This document shows, piece after piece, positions 58,987-64,000 of a DNA stretch of 64,000 nt. A program made the translations under genes and the position numbers. Each line of letters begins with the position of its first letter. Within the stretch, counting starts at the first letter, position 1. A model generated the notes under the pieces. The model saw nothing but the letters and a program-made list of their open reading frames with translations, did not search any database and had not been told where the DNA came from. Source of the stretch: a virus (lineage: Duplodnaviria > Heunggongvirae > Uroviricota > Caudoviricetes); IMG/VR virus record IMGVR_UViG_3300031133_000383, positions 250,635 to 314,634 of that record. One strand, given 5' to 3'.

Positions 58987-60630
58987 TTATAAAGATGAAA
59001 AAATATGATCATCTTGTTCAAACGTTCTGCAGTCGGTCAAACTTCGCCTCTGCTGTTTACCTTTACTATTTGATTTAAGAAACAAATCAAAATCGTTGGT
59101 ACTTTTTATCTTTCTTGGATTGCAAACTTTCCATAAATTGGTTTTATATACACCGAGATCAGTCTTCGGGAAACCTACTTTTATATGGTTTGCTGCTCCA
59201 TTGAGATCTGAGTTAAATACTTTATTTAACTCTCTGTCTTTGTACATGCCACGCCCTAACCTATTACCTTTCGCACCACGATTACCATTTAAATCATTAG
59301 GTGTTACTGCAATATTTAAAGCTTTTCTTGCTTGATTGTCATTTACATCTCTTGTTAAACAACTTGTTTTAGAGGTATAGGCTTCATCTTTATCAACGAC
59401 ACATATCCCAAATTCACTTCCTTTTGTTTTAAGCAGATTAAGCATTTTACCAAATGGAATTTGGTAAAACTTCTGCTTTGTCTTTTTTTGCATTTCAATG
59501 GAACCATCTTCTTTGGCCTTGCTAAGATTGGTTGAAATGACCAGATCGCTTACTTTATTTGCTTTTAGGTATGTCAACACTTTTTTTGAAATCTTATTCA
59601 TTTCGCTATCAAAATAACGATTTCTATTTTCGTGAAGTTGACTACGCTGCTTATGTAGAGATCTTCCAATAGAATTGTAAGCCACTGGTATTTCAACAGT
59701 TGATTTATCTTTTTTGATAATAGTTTTATACTCAATAACGTTTTTTGATAGTTCAATGTTTAATTTGGCTAATTGTTTATTGAAATAAGAATTATATTTA
59801 ATAAAAGGCGATCCACTTACAATAAGTGATTGTATTTTTTCATCATCAATAAAAAGTGAAAGAGTATTAATAACACCCACATCACCACCGGCTACTTTTT
59901 GAACTTTTTGCAATTTCGATGATGTTTTAACTTTCTCTTTTTTCGGAACTTCATAGTTAAAGTTATAATAGATGTTATTGTTTGACAATGAAACTGTCAT
60001 GCTTGTGATAGTTTTTGAACTAACATAGTCGTTAGTTCTAAATCGAGTATAAATCATTCTTTTAAAAACAGTTAAACCAAGAACATTTTTTCGTTTAAAT
60101 GAAAACTTATCTTGTTCCATCGGAATAGAATATTGATGAACTTTTGCTATTTTTTTAGCCGATGGAAATTGCGGAACACCTGTAAAGGCAGATGGATTTT
60201 CAAAGAACTCTTTTCTTCTATCAAAAATATTGTTCCAATCTTTTGATAATCGACGAACAATCATGGAGATGTTTTTGTCATTGAGAATATTCCCCATTTC
60301 TTTTGCATCTTGAAAAATTTTATTATCTTTAAAATAATCATTAACCAAAGTAATGTTGTCTTTGGTCTTTTCAGCACCGTTGGTGTTGGAAAGAACAGCT
60401 TTCATAATAGTTGGGTTTAATAGTAAATTAAACATGGAATAATTTCTATCTTCAATTGTTTCTATGGCATAGATTTTATCAAGTTCTGTTTTCAAAATGA
60501 TGTTAAGCATATTTTCAAGATGCTTATAAGAAAGAATGGCTTTTTTAAGATGACGAACGACCTTCATATCTGTTTCATGAACAGTAAAACTTTTAAGGTG
60601 TTTTTTGTCTTTTTTAATTGTCATAGTCAT
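58987..60630 (-). CDS. tnpB: TnpB RNA-guided endonuclease (IS607-associated)
   Basis: RuvC-I GGDVGV, QIPF..L..K...GI, shifted Glu in DEAYTSK, RuvC-III NSDLNGA. Confidence 0.88.
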   Translation of the reverse strand: MTMTIKKDKKHLKSFTVHETDMKVVRHLKKAILSYKHLENMLNIILKTELDKIYAIETIEDRNYSMFNLLLNPTIMKAVLSNTNGAEKTKDNITLVNDYFKDNKIFQDAKEMGNILNDKNISMIVRRLSKDWNNIFDRRKEFFENPSAFTGVPQFPSAKKIAKVHQYSIPMEQDKFSFKRKNVLGLTVFKRMIYTRFRTNDYVSSKTITSMTVSLSNNNIYYNFNYEVPKKEKVKTSSKLQKVQKVAGGDVGVINTLSLFIDDEKIQSLIVSGSPFIKYNSYFNKQLAKLNIELSKNVIEYKTIIKKDKSTVEIPVAYNSIGRSLHKQRSQLHENRNRYFDSEMNKISKKVLTYLKANKVSDLVISTNLSKAKEDGSIEMQKKTKQKFYQIPFGKMLNLLKTKGSEFGICVVDKDEAYTSKTSCLTRDVNDNQARKALNIAVTPNDLNGNRGAKGNRLGRGMYKDRELNKVFNSDLNGAANHIKVGFPKTDLGVYKTNLWKVCNPRKIKSTNDFDLFLKSNSKGKQQRRSLTDCRTFEQDDHIFSSL

Positions 60631-60669
60631 TCCAAATTAAAACGATAATACAATAAATAGCTATAAAAG

Positions 60670-61266
60670 TCAAGTAGTTATTGATTTTTTATTTTTATGA
60701 GAACGTTTACCATAAAGTTTAGCAGAAAAGACCGTCATTAGTTCAATCACATCTTGAACAAGTTCTTGTTCAAATGTGACACATTGAACAGCATCAACAA
60801 TGACCACTTTCGTTCCGAATTTTTTACATAAGGAAAATATTAATTCACTTCCAAAACGCAATAACCTATCTTTATGAGTTAAATACAAGGTATGGACTTG
60901 TTGTGAAGTGATAAGATTAATTAACTTTCTCAATCCACTCTTGTTATAATTTAAGCCACTTCCAAGATCGGATATGAGCATTTTATGCTCATATCGTTCA
61001 ATAATAAGTTCTAGTCTTTTAGATTGAGTTTCAAGATCTTTCTTTTGGTCATGAGAGGAAACTCTAGCATAAGCAACGTGTAATTTATTACGAGATGGAT
61101 TAATAATGTCAAGAACATCGTTGAGATGAAAGCGGCGATGATCACCAAAAGTACGAAAAGCTTTTAATTTACCAAGTTTATTCCAACGACGAAGCGTTAC
61201 AACAGAAACACCAAGCAAAACAGCAGTTTTGCCAATGGATAAAGATTCAGATGAGTATTCAATCAT
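60670..61266 (-). CDS. tnpA: IS607 serine transposase TnpA
   Basis: N-terminal HTH (LGVSVVTLRRW..G), YARVSS catalytic Ser, DLGSGLN, KDRLLRFG, ELVQD...FSAKLYGKRS. Confidence 0.92.
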   Translation of the reverse strand: MIEYSSESLSIGKTAVLLGVSVVTLRRWNKLGKLKAFRTFGDHRRFHLNDVLDIINPSRNKLHVAYARVSSHDQKKDLETQSKRLELIIERYEHKMLISDLGSGLNYNKSGLRKLINLITSQQVHTLYLTHKDRLLRFGSELIFSLCKKFGTKVVIVDAVQCVTFEQELVQDVIELMTVFSAKLYGKRSHKNKKSITT

Positions 61267-61375
61267 AAAAGTAATCTCAAAAAATGGTTAATTAAGGAAA
61301 GATTACAATAAAAAAGAATACAAGAAAAGCGAAATGATCAGATTTGATCAAACAACAGTGGTGCAGCTAAAAACC

Positions 61376-61881
61376 CTGATTTCGTCATGGACAGTGGAGT
61401 TGCCATTTCATATAAAAAACTATCAGATCACGACAATGTTTTTTTATACCGTATGCTGTTTAAGGTTGCTGCCAAATATGGGAAAAAAGAAATCAATTTA
61501 AAAGATAATAAACTTTATCCGTTTACTTATTATGATGAAGATGAAAAAGTATTTCTGATAGAGGAACATCGTTGGGATGATGTTTATAATGATGGCTATG
61601 TTGCAAAATATGACTCTGATCTTGGGAAACTTCGAATTTTATCAGAACTGGAACTAGGGCTTCTTGAAAAAGAAGAAGAAAGAGGCAATGATGATGTTTG
61701 GGATCAATGTCATTTTTATGATTTTTTATGTATTACAGAAACTACGATCTATGAAGAAGATGAGCCATCTTTTTTTGTTTCGAGATTTTTTTGGGAGCGT
61801 AGAAAAAAAGCATATGAAACTGATGTCAGACGTGCATTGAAAAACGTAGATTATATAGGCTTAAAAAATGGTATCATTTAG
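61376..61881 (+). pseudogene. 3' part of IS607-interrupted gene
   Basis: Frame of ORF 61387..61881 extends upstream as PDFV-MDSG; no good SD at 61387. Confidence 0.65.
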
Positions 61882-61956
61882 TTATAGAAAAATATTTTAT
61901 TGATATTTATTAAAAAAAATGCTATAATTTTGTAATTAAAGAAAGGTGATACTATC

Positions 61957-63150
61957 ATGGATATTCAAGACATTCTTAAAAACCACTATAACGTTGACCA
62001 ATTTATTGAAATGGTCGGTGATAGGTTTCCTTTGCTTTTGAAATTCAAAGATACTCCGCAAGACAAGATTTGGCATGCAGAAGGCGATGTTCACATTCAC
62101 ACAGACATGGTATTAAATGAAACCTATAAAGTCATTGCAAATGAAGCCTCTCATCTTAGTGATGACGATAAATTCTGTTTGATTATAGGAGCTTTGCTGC
62201 ATGATATATTTAAACCAGTTGTTACAAAAGAGATTGAACGTAACAATCGCGTGTGTGTGATTGCACCCAAGCATGAGTATGGTGGTTTGGGGTACTTGAT
62301 TCACAAAATTCAAGGGTTGGGTATCTCTAAGGAAAACATAAATAAAATCCTTGGAATGGTAGGATATCATCAATCACCTAAATTAATGGTAGTGCGTGAA
62401 GCCAATCAATGGAACTATTTTAATCTCGCTCGAAAAGCTCGTCTTGATTTGTTATACTATCTTGAAATTGCAGATATGAAGGGCAGAACCAGTGATGATT
62501 TAGATAACCAATTAGAACTGTTGGAATTGTTTAAACTGTATTCAGAAGAGTTAGGTTGCTTCGGACAACCTAATACGCCTGTTATCAGTGACAATCAATA
62601 TGTTCAACAAAAGGGGTTTAAAGCATTAATTAATGGCAGCATCTTTATGCCGGAAGAAGCAGATGGTAAATTTTATAAGCATAAAGATAATCATGCAGAA
62701 TTGGTGGTTATGACTGGCCTAAGTGGTGTAGGCAAATCCTCATTGATTGAGCAAAATTATGCTGACCATGTTTTGATTTCACTTGATGAAATTAGAGCGG
62801 AAATTTGTAAGAGCCGTCAGGACCATACACAAGAAGACAAAGTACTTCAGGTGGCTAAGCTCAGAATGAAAACGTTGCTCGCAAAAAAACAAAAAATTGT
62901 ATATGATGCCACAAACGTTAGACGTGATTTTAGAGATAAAGTATTATCATTAGGATCTCAATATGATGCATTGACATCTGTATGTTTTGTAACCGACTCT
63001 CTTGAAAACATCATTAAACGTGATAGCGATAGAGAACATTCAGTAGGTGGCAAAATCATTCATTATCAAGATGATCGATTCGAATATCCTGAAATTGATG
63101 AAGGTGATGGATATGCTGTTCATTTTGTTGAAAGCAAGAGAAAAAGATAA
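61957..63150 (+). CDS. HD-domain + P-loop kinase (AAA_33 / PNK-like) fusion
   Basis: WHAEGDV..HT, ALLHDIFK (HD), GLSGVGKS Walker A, YDATN. Confidence 0.8.
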   Translation: MDIQDILKNHYNVDQFIEMVGDRFPLLLKFKDTPQDKIWHAEGDVHIHTDMVLNETYKVIANEASHLSDDDKFCLIIGALLHDIFKPVVTKEIERNNRVCVIAPKHEYGGLGYLIHKIQGLGISKENINKILGMVGYHQSPKLMVVREANQWNYFNLARKARLDLLYYLEIADMKGRTSDDLDNQLELLELFKLYSEELGCFGQPNTPVISDNQYVQQKGFKALINGSIFMPEEADGKFYKHKDNHAELVVMTGLSGVGKSSLIEQNYADHVLISLDEIRAEICKSRQDHTQEDKVLQVAKLRMKTLLAKKQKIVYDATNVRRDFRDKVLSLGSQYDALTSVCFVTDSLENIIKRDSDREHSVGGKIIHYQDDRFEYPEIDEGDGYAVHFVESKRKR

Positions 63151-63156
63151 AGCCTT

Positions 63157-63765
63157 TCAAGGCTTTATTTTTATTGCTCTTACCGGTTGTGCTGGTTGAA
63201 ATCGTTCTGTGTCTATATTGCTTTCCCACTCTACTTGATTTCTTCTTGCTTCCATCTGTTTTATAAATCTATCCATACTAGCGGTATGATATTCATTAGG
63301 GTTCCATAATCCCATTTCTTTAGCATACTTTTCTGAACCTGATACGTAGGCTTTTATTTCTTTATCTTTTCGAATTATAGCTCCGGCCAATCTATGATTA
63401 CCATCATCGATTATGTGATCAACATGAGCATTTAGTTCTGGTATTCCAACATCAATTGATATGGGTTTTTGCATTTCATTAGTTGCAAAATAAGCTATTT
63501 TTTTTACATGATTATAACGAATCTCTTCAGGTGTCAGGTCTTTTTTGCTGTACGTCAACTCTATCCAAGAAGGTGTTTCAACCAACTCAGCTTCTCCAGC
63601 CTTGATACAGTCAATAACTTCTTTTTTTGTAATAGGCTTATCAACCAATTCAATCCAGCAACCTCTGAAAGGATTACAATATTCTGTTAGTTTTTTTAAG
63701 TCTAATGTATGAAATCCCATAGTATTAAGTTCATCATTAGAGTATTGAGCGTATTTATCAGTCAT
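63157..63765 (-). CDS. ParB/Srx-like nuclease domain protein
   Basis: PI.I....IIDDGNHRLA motif. Confidence 0.6.
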   Translation of the reverse strand: MTDKYAQYSNDELNTMGFHTLDLKKLTEYCNPFRGCWIELVDKPITKKEVIDCIKAGEAELVETPSWIELTYSKKDLTPEEIRYNHVKKIAYFATNEMQKPISIDVGIPELNAHVDHIIDDGNHRLAGAIIRKDKEIKAYVSGSEKYAKEMGLWNPNEYHTASMDRFIKQMEARRNQVEWESNIDTERFQPAQPVRAIKIKP

Positions 63766-63870
63766 AGAGATAATTATAGTTTATATTTACATTTTAACAC
63801 AAAAATAAAAATATTAAAGTTGATAATTCTTTAAAGTTCAACTATTATAGTGGACACAATGGGAGAGTTT

Positions 63871-64000
63871 ATGACTATTTTAACACTTGATATATTAAAA
63901 GAGATGACGGAAAACCATTTCAATGAATTGTTTATTGATTACAGTCTTGGGGTAGGGCGTTTGATTGGCTACGCTGAAAGTGACGAAGACTATTATTATA
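63871..64000 (+). CDS. Partial ORF running off the window
   Basis: SD GGGAG, open frame MTILTLDILKEM... to end. Confidence 0.45.
   Translation, partial: MTILTLDILKEMTENHFNELFIDYSLGVGRLIGYAESDEDYYY

Larger units (their letters stand above)
58981..61375 (-). mobile_element. IS607-family insertion sequence (TnpA + TnpB)
   Basis: CC (GG on element strand) core at 58981-82 and 61374-75; direct-repeat motif ATGATCA..TTG.TCAAAC near both ends; removal restores a 213-aa ORF. Confidence 0.85.

Noticed and set aside
58925-61361. Alternative IS607 junction at + strand GG (58925-26 / 61360-61), also in frame
   Set aside because: Would place 20 protein-like codons inside the IS, gives CC rather than GG on the element strand, and loses the GGG flank also seen at the 9796 remnant; not formally excluded without an empty allele
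493-63690. Many short antisense/overlapping ORFs (e.g. 493..696, 2896..3288, 27149..27574, 41216..41494, 46699..47166, 62113..62373)
   Set aside because: Shadow frames of longer genes with motifs and SD sites; no independent support
1-64000. CRISPR array or stop-codon recoding
   Set aside because: No regularly spaced repeats seen; genes end at TAA, TAG and TGA with intact long ORFs under the standard code, and no suppressor anticodon is present

Overview
AT-rich, gene-dense window that reads like the accessory/early region of a jumbo bacteriophage or another very large mobile element. It has roughly 75 mostly small genes, many with their own near-consensus sigma70 promoter and hairpin terminator. 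No virion, replication or bacterial housekeeping block is visible. A proteobacterial host is inferred from the adenylate kinase LID type and the lipoproteins. Recognisable genes: a complete gatCAB operon, adk, a PPP-type metallophosphoesterase, two HAD (RNA-repair-like) proteins, a MazG-like protein, a YfbR-like HD protein, an HD+P-loop kinase, an ATP-grasp protein, a GHKL ATPase, a SleB-type hydrolase, a trypsin-like lipoprotein, DUF305, DUF1328, a MerR-like HTH + vWA pair, and an intact IS607 (TnpA+TnpB) splitting a gene. Most notable observations: (1) A promoter, a Ser/Tyr-rich leader peptide (MKTTLMTTSYYYSYYSH), alternative hairpins and a terminator form a classical attenuator layout directly upstream of a tRNA cluster containing only tRNA-Ser and tRNA-Tyr genes. 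(2) The cluster includes a D-arm-less tRNA-Tyr-like gene with a possible pseudoknot and a tRNA-Ser with the rare AGA anticodon. (3) About 23-25 otherwise dissimilar proteins share a C-terminal motif with Met four residues from the end, suggesting a sorting or packaging tag. All homology calls are from motif recognition by eye; no searches or folding calculations were run.
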